Positions 41,740 through 54,630 are shown, counted from the first letter of the stretch. The stretch is 64,000 bases of DNA from Octopus sinensis (GCF_006345805.1 NC_042998.1:174220001-174284000); one strand, 5' to 3'. The notes: generated by a model not told the origin, from the letters alone. Made by a program: numbers and translations.

Positions 41740-41954
41740 TGAATCTCTTTAACAATTCACAATAATCACTTTTATTACTTTTATTCCTACCTCAGTTCAT
41801 CTAATTATATATATATATATCGTTACTTTTCATAAAAAGCCTTTACTTTTTTTTATTTCCAATGTGCATTTTCGCTTATTTTTCTTCTTACTTTCCCCTT
41901 TCTTTTTATAACATATTTCTATTATATATATATATATATATATACACACATAAG

Positions 41955-42015
<61 letters not shown>

Positions 42016-42020
42016 ACGTT

Positions 42021-42210
42021 TGCGTGTCTGTGTTTATCCCCCTACCATCGCTTGACAACCGATGTTGGTGTATTTACGTCTCCGTAACTTAGCGGTTCGT
42101 CAAAGGAGCCCAGTAGAATAAGTACTGGGGTCGATTTGTTCGACTACAGGCGGTCTTCTAGCATGGCTGTAGTCAAATGACTGAAACAAATACAACAATA
42201 AAAGAATAAA
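42021..42210 (+). mobile_element. 3' half of the SINE whose head lies at 36277
   Basis: tgtgtttatccccc.accatcgcttgacaaccgatg...tggggtcgatttgttcgact...caaatgactgaaacaa. Confidence 0.75.
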
Positions 42211-42223
42211 CCAAACTATGAAA

Positions 42224-42393
42224 AGTTCTACATTTAAGAAATGAGGAATTATTTACATTTGACAGGTACTTGTCTTCATCTTGTTTGCTGTTAAAATAAC
42301 GTTTCGGTTGATATACCCTCTAGCATTCATCAGGTGTCTTGGGAAAATTTCGAACCTGTATTCTCATTCGTAAGGTATTTTTCGATGTTGTTG

Positions 42394-42459
<66 letters not shown>

Positions 42460-42610
42460 TCACTCCTTGGAATCGAACTCGGAATCTTGAGGTTAGTAGC
42501 CCGCACTCTTAACCACTATGCCGTAGCCCCGTGGCCCACGTGCATATGGCATAGTGGTTAAGAGCGCCGCCTACTAACTTCAAGATTCCGAGTTCGATTC
42601 CAAGCAGTGA

Positions 42611-42680
<70 letters not shown>

Positions 42681-42818
42681 CAACATCGAAAAATACCGTA
42701 GGAATGAGAACCCAGGTTCGAAATTTCCCCAAGACACCTGATGAAGTGTATCAGCCAAAACGTTGTGTAAACAACAAATAAGATGAGGACAAGTATTCGT
42801 CAAATATAAATAATGTAG
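42224..42818. mobile_element. ~600-bp palindromic element: HHR-(ATT)n-tRNA head | tRNA head-(AAT)n-HHR
   Basis: tRNA-like heads at 42458-42529 (-) and 42542-42612 (+); (AAT)n linkers; degenerate HHRs at ~42295-42338 (-) and 42733-42768 (+); starts with agttcta as at 2091. Confidence 0.88.
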
Positions 42819-43034
42819 ATATTGCTCTGTAGTTAAGCAGTAGGTTTCATAATTATGGTCCTTCCAGTTTCGGACTCGCTGGGCATCATCGGACTGATGA
42901 TGGCTTAGCCGGCTGAAAATTCGAAGTTACTGTTTCTTGTAAAAGAATAGTAAATCTGTACTCTACAAAAGTATGGAGCAATACTCCAGATTAATATACG
43001 ATTTTTTTGTTATAACTGAACAGAAATACAAACA

Positions 43035-43168
<134 letters not shown>

Positions 43169-43458
43169 CTAATGTAGGATAAAATTTTTTTCGGGAAAAA
43201 AATGTTATCAATGGCCAGCATATCAAAAAAAACCTTTAAAGGTTAAATTTATAGATAATTACAAGATAAGGGCAAAGAAGAATTCTAATGCCAAATATGC
43301 CGAAAAAAATACAAATTGGACCAATACGGTAATAACGGATTTTTTTAGAAATTTCTATCGGTTTGTTTCGAGACGCATAAATTATAATGGTTATTTACAA
43401 TTTTTATCTTTTTTTCGGCATATTTGGCATTAGAATTTTTGTTTTGCCCTTATCTTGT

Positions 43459-43534
<76 letters not shown>

Positions 43535-43822
43535 TGTGTCTGTGTCTGTGTGTGTGTATATATACGTGTATATATATATATATATATATAATCAATATAA
43601 GACTTAATTTATTAAACAAATTTCAATAAATTTCGTCAAAGAAATGAAATGAAGCAGATTGGATGATAAAATGGATTATCCTTTTATTTCATATTGCCAG
43701 GCAATTGATTCTGACAAAAGGACCCAGAATTCCATAAGGAGAACATGATACAAATCGAATTTGTAGGAAAATAAAAAGACGTTTAAAATATACACAATTT
43801 TTTTTCTTAGTTATCATTATAA

Positions 43823-44209
43823 CTAGCAGTATCGCCCGGCGTTGCTCGGGTTTGTTTCGACCCTTTAGAATTGGAATTTTTGAAAAGTAAATTCCATTAT
43901 GTAGCTTGTTATTCTCATTAAGTGAAAATTTTTCTGGTTGATATACACCGAAAAATGGCGACACAGCAGTCAAAAAATAGTAAAAAATAAGGATTTTCGT
44001 AGAAAAAAAAGCACATTTTTTACGTAAATAACTTTTGGTGTTAACATGGTCCGATTTGAATTTTTTCTTCTACGGAAGGAGGAGCAAGCCTTCTTCTATC
44101 ATACTCTCAATTTTGGTCAACTTGCACCGCAGGGTCTCGGAGGAGATAATGTTAGCTGAAGGCTACCAAACCTGCCATACACAGACAACTTCAGCTTTAT
44201 ATATATAGA
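43823..44209 (-). mobile_element. Non-autonomous Helitron
   Basis: Minus strand A|TCtatatatataaagctgaagttg ... cccgagcaacgccgggcgatactgCTAG|T; AT target site. Confidence 0.8.
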
Positions 44210-44355
44210 TTTAGGTATTTGTATATTCATTCTTCCACTCACGATCCATTGAAAGAAGACCATATATATATATATATATATACATGCATGCATGCATACA
44301 TATATATATATATTCAGATGTGTGTGCATGTGTGTGTGTGTGCGCGCTTGTGTGT

Positions 44356-44391
<36 letters not shown>

Positions 44392-44626
44392 TCTACAAAA
44401 GTACTTTGTAATTTACCTTGTTCTTCGTTACGTCTCTTTACACTCATATTGACTCTGACTTTATCATAACGAAGCCAATAAAATAAATACCTAACTAAAA
44501 TTCATTCTAAAATTTCAGTCGATATATTCAAGTAAAACTTTTGAAAGTAGTGACTCGACGCAGCTGCAGCCCAATGACTGAAACCAATTTAAAGAATAAA
44601 TATAATATGAATATATTTTGTGTGTA

Positions 44627-44700
<74 letters not shown>

Positions 44701-45586
44701 GTGTAATATCAGCGAATAAACAGTTTTCATGTTATATTGTGAGTATTCTTCGATTAGGGTTGGCTATATATTTCCACGCTTATTTGTAGGCTGAGAAAAG
44801 AATTTTTTTCATGCATGGACATCTCTGTCGGTTGCCCATGCATGCATATCTTTTCTGCATTTGACACTAATGTTTTCCAAGGGAAAAACTGACACTTCAT
44901 GACCGATATAGCTTGGCACCAGTGTCACCACACGCATTGCTTTTCCGAACGTAAATCTCTAGAACTACTACTACTGTAAGGTATCCTGACCATCGCTCTA
45001 ACGTTTCCACTAATCCACTGCTCTGTCTTCTTAATTTTCCTTCTTAATCCAGAAAAATAGAAGGTAAAGTTTTCCAATCCACTTACTAGCAGCTTTTGTT
45101 CACTTACTAGTAGTTACTTATTCTTATCTTATTCTCAATATCAATGAAGTAAAATTTGACATTAGCGAAGTTGATAAATCATCCTTATAAATAAATTAAA
45201 GCACAGAAGTATAACGAATACTGTGTGTTTCATTGATCATGAGATATTTTTGAAATATTAAACACCAGTATCATATTGCGAGTTGGATACTTACAGTAAA
45301 CGAATATGTTTGTTTGCTTCTTTCAATATTTCATGACAACGATGATGGTTTTGGTAAATGTTTCATTGACAATCAACAAAATTAGTTAAGAATATTAAAA
45401 TAGTCTTCAGCATTGTTGAGAGAAGATAGATTTAAACTATCGGAGATATTAACTCTACAAGGACAGCTTCGAATTTGCTTTATAACAGAAATGTAACAAA
45501 AGCCAGAACTAAAAAGTGAAAACTTCTAAGATAAAAAATATACTAGTGCACTTAAGAAGTGAAAAGAAAGTTTGTTGTTTTGTTGT

Positions 45587-45970
45587 TTTACTTGTGTCAG
45601 TCATTGGGCTGCAGTCATACTGGGGCACATACTGCCTCGAACAAATCGACCCCAGTAATATTTTTTTAAAAATTTGGTACTTACTTTATCAATCTCTTTC
45701 ATTCTGCCGAACTGTTAAGTTACGAGGACGTAAACAGACCAGCATCGATTGTGAAGCGATAGGGGAACAAACTCAACACAAATAAACGTACACACACATA
45801 CACCTATATAGATAAAGGGCTTCCTCACAGCCTTCGTCTATCTGTCAAATTGTCTCACAAAGCATAAGTGTAGTAAAAGAAACTTGCCCAAAGTCCCGTA
45901 CAGTGGGATTGAACCCGAAAACACATGGTTGTAAAATGTTCCTCTTAACAAAACAGCTATACCTATGTCT
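45587..45970 (-). mobile_element. Degenerate SINE (18963 family)
   Basis: tgggctgcagtcatactgggg, aaatcgacccca, gccgaactgttaagttacg and cagtgggattgaaccc blocks. Confidence 0.75.
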
Positions 45971-46059
45971 GCGCCTATAATCTTAATTATTTGAAACCAT
46001 CTTCCATGTTATTCGAGAGTCGCTAACAATTTCTACTGGGTTGAACCATTCCTCTTCGA

Positions 46060-46560
46060 AGTGGTATATTCCAGTTTCTTGGGAATTCTTTTCTGAAGCT
46101 AGACTGGTGTGCGTTGTACCTAAGTATCATTTGGTTTTTCGTGGGTCCTATATAGGATTTTATATGGCTATTTGTGTGTAATTCACATTGGTAAGCCACT
46201 ACAACTGGTAAACAGAAACGACCGTAAATGTACTACCACTTTTCTTTATTAATTAATTAGATTAATGGCTTACTAGCGCAAACTACCAACTTTTTCGTTC
46301 CTGTCATTCTTTTTCCATTTTTTCTTGCATATATATAATATATATATTATATATATATATATATGATATATTATATATATAATATATATTATTTAAGAGA
46401 ATGGTATTCATATAAGTTTCTGTTCATTGGGTATCAGTTCCAATAGTATTTAAAATTGGTCATTCCAAGAATAGAGTTTGTATACGGTGTCATTGGATCG
46501 AGAGTTATTTTGAAGTGACTTAAAAGTTGGGAATGTGATTGTAAGGTCAAATCAAAAACA
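46060..46560 (-). mobile_element. Old PLE GIY-YIG remnant
   Basis: Minus strand GRFCLPVVVAYQC and PYKSYIGPTKNQMILRYNAHQSSFR, comparable to the 21153 ORF. Confidence 0.55.
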
Positions 46561-46922
46561 GGAAGAGAGAAAAAAGAGAGAGAAAAAGAAAATCAGGGAG
46601 AGAGATAATAAAGAAATGAAGAGAGGGAGAGTGTACTGGCTAGTGGTCAGCCAGGATAAATTGATAGAAGGAAAGAGGAGGTAAGAGTGAAAGAGAGAAA
46701 GATATGAGAGTGTAAAGAGTAAAGGAGTGTGAGGTATGTAGTGATAGAGCCTAAGTGAAGGGTAGAGAGAGGGGTTAGGGATAATAAAAAGGTGAAATGA
46801 AGAATTTGGGAATATAGGTTAGGTTGCTAAGAGGACAGATCGTGCTTAGTAGTAGAAGAATACCGAACTGACTTGGTGACTCAAATTAAGTACCTAATTC
46901 AACTGAATCTTAATTATATATA

Positions 46923-48134
46923 CGAGGGACGTTCAATAAATAATGCCTCTAACCCACTATAGATTAAGTAGTAAATTACAGCTCTGAACTAATTGTGGTT
47001 TCTGATTTAAAGGTGTTGAACGAGTCAGTGTGAAATGGAGCCTGTTAAGTGTCGAGCAGTGATCCGGGTTTTGTATTTGAAAGGACGCACACCACGGGAG
47101 ACTTTGATGAAATGAAAAACTTATGGTGATGATGCCCCATCATATTGACCTTGTAAAACGCTGGCATCGTGAATTCAAACATTGGTCGGAACATCTGTGG
47201 AAACAGCTCCCAGATCTGGTCGCCCCCTTCTGCTATTGATGAGGCATCTGTCCGTCAAGGAGGCTGCCATTTGGAAGATTGACGTATAACTATTCGTCAA
47301 ATAGCTCATGAGGCAAGATAGTACCGGGTCTGTGGAAACTATATTCATGACCATTTGCATATGCAAAAGGTGTCTTCAGATGGATTCCCAGGTTGCTCAC
47401 CTTTCCAGAAGCAAGAACGCGTCGAGTGCTCGAGGACGAATTTGGAGATGTGCCAAGAAGATGAGTCAGAATTTTTCAAAAGACTGATTACACAGGATGA
47501 ACCTGGGTCATCACTATGATCCAGGGACCAAAGCCCAGTCAATGCAGTGGAAGCACCGTGACTCACCTCCTCCAAAGAAGGCAAGGGTGCAGCTCTCTGC
47601 TGCAAGGTAATGCTCACAGTCTTCTGGGACCAGGACGGAGTAGTGATGAAAGATTTCCTGGCAAAGGGTACCACAATTACAGGAGCCTATTATGCTACTT
47701 TTGAGGAAATTAAGAGAAGCTATCAAAATCAAGAGGCGGAGCAAGATCAGCAAAGGCATCCTCCTCTTGCAGGACAACGCTCCGGTCCCAACTCGCGTGT
47801 CGCCGGATCAGAAGACAGGTGTGCGGCTATGAATCCTCTCCCATCTCCCTACTCCCTGAGCACCCTCTGATTTTCACATCTCACCAGCCATGAAGTTGTT
47901 TTTGAAAGGAAGCGTTTCCCAGATGATGCAGCCTGATTTTGAGTACGTCGTGGTTGGAGGACCAAGCTGGGGTCTTCTACAAAAACGGTCTCCAGAGCTG
48001 CATCAAACAAGGGAGAAATACATAACTCTGGGTGGTTCCTATGTAGAAAAAGACTAAAACTGTGCCAAGTTTGTTGCTTACTCTGCTGCGGAGGAGGGTC
48101 AGGGGCTTATTAATGAAAGGCTTATTGACGCTCG
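46923..48134 (+). mobile_element. Full-length degenerate mariner transposon
   Basis: TA-cgagggacgttcaataa ... ttattgacgctcg-TA; frameshifted transposase 47035-48057 (MEPVKCRAVIR, WHREFK, MLTVFWDQDG, YYA, GGSYVEKD*). Confidence 0.92.
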
Positions 48135-48339
48135 TATATATATACTATAAGTAGTTGAATGAATTATCTTAGTATAGAATTATTCGGTTAACCGATACCG
48201 GGTAGCAAATTCACGTCAGAAAAAACGGTTGAAGTCATGCCAAGGGCAGAGTCACGTGCTTTCGGTGGAAATTTGTGTGTTTTTTTAATACAAAAAATGA
48301 AAGAATGGAGTTGAACGACGATTTAACAAAATTCCTTTA

Positions 48340-48418
48340 TTCGCGACATATGTTTCGAAGGCTGCATATTCTAATTCGGCGAATAGGGGTGCATTTTGCC
48401 GCCTTCTCATCAGAAAAA
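48340..48418 (-). ncRNA. Type-I hammerhead with extended helix II, left arm
   Basis: CUGAUGA-GAAGGC...GCCUUC-GAA-AC-AUAU-GU-C|; 6-bp helix II, palindromic ACAUAUGU, weak wobble-rich helix I. Confidence 0.7.
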
Positions 48419-48518
48419 ACAAGGAACTTATGTCAGCATCAAGATGAACAAAAACTCTAGATGACTGCCCACACGGAAGTCCATAGCGATAAAAATCTTG
48501 ATGCTGAACAAGCTCCTT

Positions 48519-48599
48519 TGTTTCTGATGAGAAGACGGCATAATCACCCCGTATTCCTTCGAAATTAGGAAGATGCAGCCTCGAAACATATGTCGAGAA
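48519..48599 (+). ncRNA. Type-I hammerhead, right arm (helix II degraded)
   Basis: CUGAUGA-GAAGAC...GCCUC-GAAACAUAUGUC|GAGAA. Confidence 0.55.
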
Positions 48600-48852
48600 T
48601 AAGGAATTTTTTAAATCGTCGTTCAACTCCAAATATATATAAATATATGTATTGTGTGTGTGTCTGTATGCATATAGTGTGTGTGTGTGTGTGTGTGTGT
48701 GTATGTTAGTCTTGATACTAATGTTGCAGGAATTACGTTCTGTGGGTCTAAAGCATCAAGTAGCCGTTTTAAACTAAAAATGTATGCTTTATCTTTGCTT
48801 AATAACAATATGTTTTAGATGGCAAAAAATATATAACATATATATATATGTA

Positions 48853-48884
<32 letters not shown>

Positions 48885-48886
48885 AT

Positions 48887-49232
48887 AGGGAACTAGGTGG
48901 TAAGTAGCTTGCTTACCAGTCACATTGTTCCGGTTTTAGTCCCACTGCGCGGTACCTTGAGTAAGTATCTTCTACTATAGCCTCGGACCGACCAAAGCCT
49001 TGTGTGTGGATTTGGTAGACGGAAACTAAAGAAGCCTGTCGTATGTGTGTATTTGTGTGTGTTTTATTGTGTGTCTGCGTTTGTCCCTCTACCATCACTT
49101 GACAACCGTTGCTGGTGTGTTTACGTCCCCGTAACTTAGCGGTTCAGCAAAACAGACTGTTAGGATAAGTAGTAGGCTTACAAAGAATAAGTCCTGGGGT
49201 CAATTTGCTCGACTAAAGTCGGTGCTCCAGAA
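48887..49232 (+). mobile_element. SINE (18963 family)
   Basis: ggtaagtagcttgcttacc...gatttggtagacggaaact...gtcctggggtcaatttgctcgact. Confidence 0.8.
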
Positions 49233-49489
49233 TAAAAGATTAATAGAACACATATAAAAATACAGAAGCAAATGTGTAGAAGAAGAAATAAATCTAAAAA
49301 TAAAATAAAAGTAAGATAAAGAGAATAATAATAGTAACTGAGAACAGAGGAGGAAGGAGAGTTAAATACATAAATGAAATATTTAGAGTAATCAATATTG
49401 TTGTAATTTGTCAAAAGATGACCAGTGGGGTGCCTACTGATTTGAGGCCCCTTATTCAGTTCTCACACATGGTACGAAGTAGATATATA

Positions 49490-49900
49490 TGTATATACAG
49501 GGGGAGAGTTCACGAAAAAAAAACAAAAGACGAAGACAGGTGGTGTACAAAACAAATAGATGTATTAGTATGACGCTCAGGAATAGAAAAAGTATTTTAC
49601 GTTTCGAGCCTACGCTCTTCAACAGAAAAGGACACAGAAAAAAAACAAGGAGAGAAAAAAATGTGTGTAGTGGCTACCGATCTATCATGGCGACTGCCGG
49701 ACAGAAGTGTCACACAGGAGAGTGAAGAATTAGGGGAGATAACAAAGTAAAGATGATCCCCAACACGAAGGTGCGTGTGTGTATAAGAGAGTATGTATGT
49801 GCGTGTGAAAGAGAGCTGGTGGTCTGGACGTGTGCGTTAGTAGATAGTCCGGTATTCCTCTACTACTAAAAGCAGTTGTAACAATGAATAACTATTTAAA
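49490..49900 (-). mobile_element. PLE-type non-coding fragment with a hammerhead variant at 49595-49628
   Basis: UUU-CUGUUGA-A-GAGC-guag-GCUC-GAA-ACGU-A|AAA; related segments at ~11480 and ~60780; outer boundaries approximate. Confidence 0.55.
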
Positions 49901-49982
49901 TAGGTTTAATCATTTGTAAGACATCTGTTAGTAATGATATTTGTTTTTAAAGAATAGAAAGTCTTGAATGGTACAATAATGG

Positions 49983-50110
49983 ACTATAATACAGACAATG
50001 GACTATGTACCTTTTGTAATTTAGTCATCCATAGTCTGATATGATATTTCGGAATAATATTCCTTCTTCAGATATTCTTAGATGGAGTCGCTGCTATAAT
50101 CGGTTTTCTA
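49983..50110 (-). mobile_element. Solo 3' pLTR fragment of the 15460 PLE family with a hammerhead (50038-50075)
   Basis: tagtctgatatgatatttcggaataatattccttcttcagatat...agtcgctgctataatcggttttc matches 15514-15596. Confidence 0.8.
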
Positions 50111-53100
50111 ACGGAATTTTTTTATTTATTTATTATTTATTTATTTATTTATTTATTTTTGCTTTATTTTATTGAGATTCAATATACATAGAATATTTTC
50201 CAAAGAAAAATACATTGATTTGACATGAAGGTTCGGATTTGTTTTACAGTAAGAAATAGAAGGTGGAGGAAGAAATTTCGTCAAGTATACAACTAAACAG
50301 AGAATTCTCTTTATTTAAGTCAATATTTGAGCTTCTTTCTCAAAGCTATTAACTGTGATGTCTGATTTGATTATTCACTTTATTGGTTGCAATAAATTGA
50401 AAAGATATCTCTAGAAGATTCGATAAAAAGAAGTCCTTGAAACTTGCTACATCATGAATTTATAGTTGGTGACAGAATATATAGCATTTGAATTCATAAA
50501 GAAATGTAAACTGAATATTGTTAGTTGTTTAAAGCCAATGAATGCTGGATATGACGAATTTGTTGGCATTCTGATGCAGTGGCATCACTTGAGTAAAACT
50601 GTTTCAAATCATTTACGTAACTAATGTCCTACGAAATACCATTTCCAATTTCCTTTCCTCTAAAATATATTCATATAGAAGCCATTACTATTTGTTTGAA
50701 AGGATATCTACAAAAACTTTGGTAATCCAAGTCAAAACTGAGTTAACAGCTAGAACATCTAACACCAATCACATCACTAATGCTCTCGAGAAAAGCACAA
50801 TATGTATAATATTTGTATCCTTTATATAACTCTGGTGGTGTGTCAAAATATAAGAAATATTTTATGATTTGGTAAATTGTTCTCAAATATTCCCTTTTTC
50901 ATCATAATCCACCACGCGTTGTAGCTTTTATTATCAGCAAGCTCAATTAGATCCAATCTTTAAATTTCTTTTTCTCTACATTTTCTTATCCTGATTGATT
51001 CAATCTTTCTTCTTGGTTTCTCCAAAATATCTCTTCGTTGCAATGTTGAAAACACTTTAAACGTCACGCATCGTTTCGACAATAGACCTTCCCGTTTAAT
51101 TTATTATGATCTTATTTTGTTTTTTGTTATTGTTGTTGTTTCTTTTTTTGCGTGATTTCAAGTGTTTCGAATATGTTTCTTTTTATCTACCTGAATTATG
51201 GGTTTCTTTGAGATTTGTTAATATTTCGATTCAATAACTACTTCAGCTTGAGCTTTTGCCTTGCCAATTTTTTTATACTGATTACTGTCAGCTCTTGTGT
51301 TTCGGAACACTTGTGCGTATCCCAATAATATCAAGTATTTATATATTTTCAATCACCTTAAATGTTCTTGCGTTGGATGCACATCTTTCTTGTGCCCGTC
51401 AGTTTAGGTTCAAATTACCCTGCGAGTACATTCTTTAAAATTCACATAAGCTGTTACATTTATCATTTGATTGGCACAGTCACAAAATATGACACAGCAT
51501 TCTCGCCCCTCTCTGTCACATACGATTAGAAGAAAATAATCGAAGCAACGTTTTCATATCAAACTTACATAGTTTTTCAACTGCATTTTATAACTAGCAG
51601 TAGGTTGCCATATTCTTTACATTCTCAGATGACACGAATGTCATTTGTTGGTAGGTGTGAGCTAAAAAGAATTATTCTGTGATAAACCATCTGTATTTGC
51701 GCTCTGAAATACTTACATCATCCTTCATTAAAATAGATAATTGTCTGCATTCAATACAGTTCTTTACTCTGTTTCTTGTGCCCTGAAGATTGTTTTAAAA
51801 CAAGGGAAATCATTAGTCTTTATTTAATTCTTCTTCCATTCAGATAATACTGCATTTGAAATTCTTCATTTTCTGACTACTTAGCTGAGTATACCCGTTT
51901 GGTAAAATGTTTCGTAGACAACACATGAAAAAAGTTATTGTTTGGCTGTTAGACTGGTTTAATTAGTTACTTGTTTTAAAACCATCTTCGCGCCCTTAGC
52001 TACCTTCAGCAGAGCCCGTTCAGTTGCAATCAACAGTCATCCTGTTTGAAGATAATTCAATACTATTCTTCCTCTTTCGCTCCAGTAGTTTGAAAAAACT
52101 TGCACATTGTCATCATGGCACAACCCTCCCTTTCACTAAATCATAAAAAGTTCGACATCAAATATTACAGTAAAATCCAAAATGATGACATTTATCAACA
52201 TCTCATTTTGTGCTGCTGCTCTCGCTGATGTTGACCGCTTTAAATAGTTTAGCAACCTAAGTGATTCGGTCATAAAATGAAGAATTAACAATTGAACTAC
52301 GGGATTAAAAACAACGTCACTGATGCGTACAAAATCATAAAATTACTAAGTTGAAATAGAAAAAACCAGTGCCGCTTAAAATCATCCTGAACTGCATCCA
52401 GAGTCTTTTACCCGCCACACATCCTATGATACTCAACTGACTGATCGAAGCACTGCAACCTCACTGCAATCACATCACTGACAGCATATGTCCCTCCTAT
52501 CTCATAAGAAATAGTTGGGCGGCTGAACAAAACCATCCTTTTAGGCATGTCCACCACTATCCTACATACAACAAAGACTCACAACCAAAAACACTCTCAA
52601 ATGGTTCACTAACATTTGTGCAGCAGCTGTTCAGAAAAAAAGTAGTCTACAAGTCTTGGAGACATTCACTCTGACAAATGAGATGGCTTCTACTCAGCAC
52701 CACAACTTCTGAAGAATACCTTGTCTTTGTACAGTCATTAAATTCTGCTGTTTTTCAAACTACAAGTGATTCTTTCAGTCTTTTACCAAAACAATTTCTA
52801 CCAATGTTGCAGAATCTTCTTTTTCTCCACTTCAGAATAAATCTGATTTAGTATACTTCCGATGCCCGTTTTCTATACAAACTCAGACTGGGTGCACTAT
52901 GTATATCGCCGACAAAACTACTATGTCTTCTTTATCGAAGTCATCACTAAATGCACTCATACACAAAAGCGAAAATATTTTCGATCATTTTAAACCTTAA
53001 ATGTCACTCTATTATCCTTAAATAATGAACATTGTAGCCAGCGCTTATATTCACCTATCTCTTCAATCAATGTGTGTGTGTGCGCGCGTGTGTGTGTGCG

Positions 53101-54584
53101 TGCGTGTGTGTGTGCACGCGTGTGTGTGTGCGCGCGTGTGTGTGTTTGTGTGTGTGTGTCTATCTGTGTGTGGTGTGTGTGTGTGTGTGGTGTGTGTCTA
53201 TGTCTGTGTCTGTGTGTGTGTGTATGTGTCTGTGTGCGCGCAGTGATTATCTCTCCTGATTTTTGGAAAGATGCTGAAGAAGGCCAACGTTTCTGATCAT
53301 ATCACATATTGCCCCATCGCACTTTTAATATCTGAAATGGCGACACCGACTAATAACAACTGTGAATAGAATACCATAACAATGACCGCCATTGCAGCTT
53401 TGTTAAAGGTAGATTAAGTGAAGCCCTACACTCTTATGACACTCAACATTGGAGTATCGCATTCGTGTAAATCTGTGAATATTGTGTTTATCACGCAAAA
53501 TTCCTTAACAAACAACGCACAAACAAGATCCAGCCATCTGCTGAAAAATCTTGTTATCGCATCGTACGATGATGGAAATCTTTATGGCCAATATTTTATC
53601 ATCAGTGGTGCCCGCTAAGTTGCGATTTTCATCCTGACACTATATTTTGTATTTATCAGTGACGTAATTGCAGTCACCTCCTGAAAAGTTCGATCCTATG
53701 CAAATGATACCACCCTTTATTCCTTTCAATCCACTCCGTATCTATGCATCACTCACAAGTAACCTATACAGTTCACGGGAAATCTGCACTAATTTTGTAA
53801 GGTGGTACTTCAGAAATGTCTTTCAATCGGGTAATGTCATTCACGACTTCTTCAACAAGAGAAACACTCTTTAACAACTACATACACAACCCTTCCTTTA
53901 TCAAACAATATTGGAAAATTCAGAACATGTACTGAAGTATTCTTCAATGCTCACGATATTCCATTTTCACCTTTGCGAGTATGCAAAATGTGCCACAATT
54001 CAGTATTCAATGTATGTTTAAAGAAGCCTAATCATTTTTGCTTCTCCATCTCCCCATTCAACATAGACTTTACAACGTCACTGTTAATGGGGAATTTAAC
54101 AATGGTGTTGAGTATATTCCTTATATTGATACACAAGTTGTGCATTTCTTTGCCATTATCCGTACCAGTATCTAAAATATTGTTACTGAAACTGACAGAG
54201 AGAAAGAAGTTTGGGAACACTGTTGACTTCAAAAACCTCATCATTTGTGGAATGATGACTAGCTATCCTTACAATACCAACGTATACAAACCGCATTCGA
54301 AACACGAGAAGCCTATAGCACATAGCACTGGAGACAAGAAACAGATAAATCATTGAAATTAGAATTTGTAAACTGGCCACCGATTTTATTAATATTCACA
54401 AGATGCAAACACTTATCCTGATCTAATTTCATTCGCATGTGCCAGTAGAAAGTTATATGAAGCTTCAATCGTCTCCTGGTGCTATATAATATGATTGAAA
54501 TGCAACTTCATTGACATATCATCACTGGGACATGCTGTTTTACGTTACGACAATCTAATGGTTTCGCTAAAAACATATGAATGC

Positions 54585-54624
<40 letters not shown>

Positions 54625-54630
54625 TATTAT

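Larger units (their letters stand above)
41483..41900. mobile_element. ~420-bp AT-rich foldback element with two outward-facing hammerhead-like motifs
   Basis: ~200-bp inverted arms (aaggggaaagtaa... / ...ttactttcccctt) around the 20-bp spacer 41681-41700. Confidence 0.9.
48306..48631. mobile_element. ~325-bp foldback element with two outward-facing canonical-core hammerheads
   Basis: Inverted arms tggagttgaacgacgattt... / ...aaatcgtcgttcaactcca; ctgatgaga...cgaaacatatgtc in both arms. Confidence 0.9.

Noticed and set aside
44794-44856. ~63-nt imperfect hairpin (pre-miRNA-like)
   Set aside because: Built on a short catgcatg palindrome with large bulges; likely chance
51380-51720. Scattered DDD/E transposase-like words on the minus strand (TDG..QN, VCD.EG, LTGTRK)
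   Set aside because: Spread over different frames and too degenerate to assign
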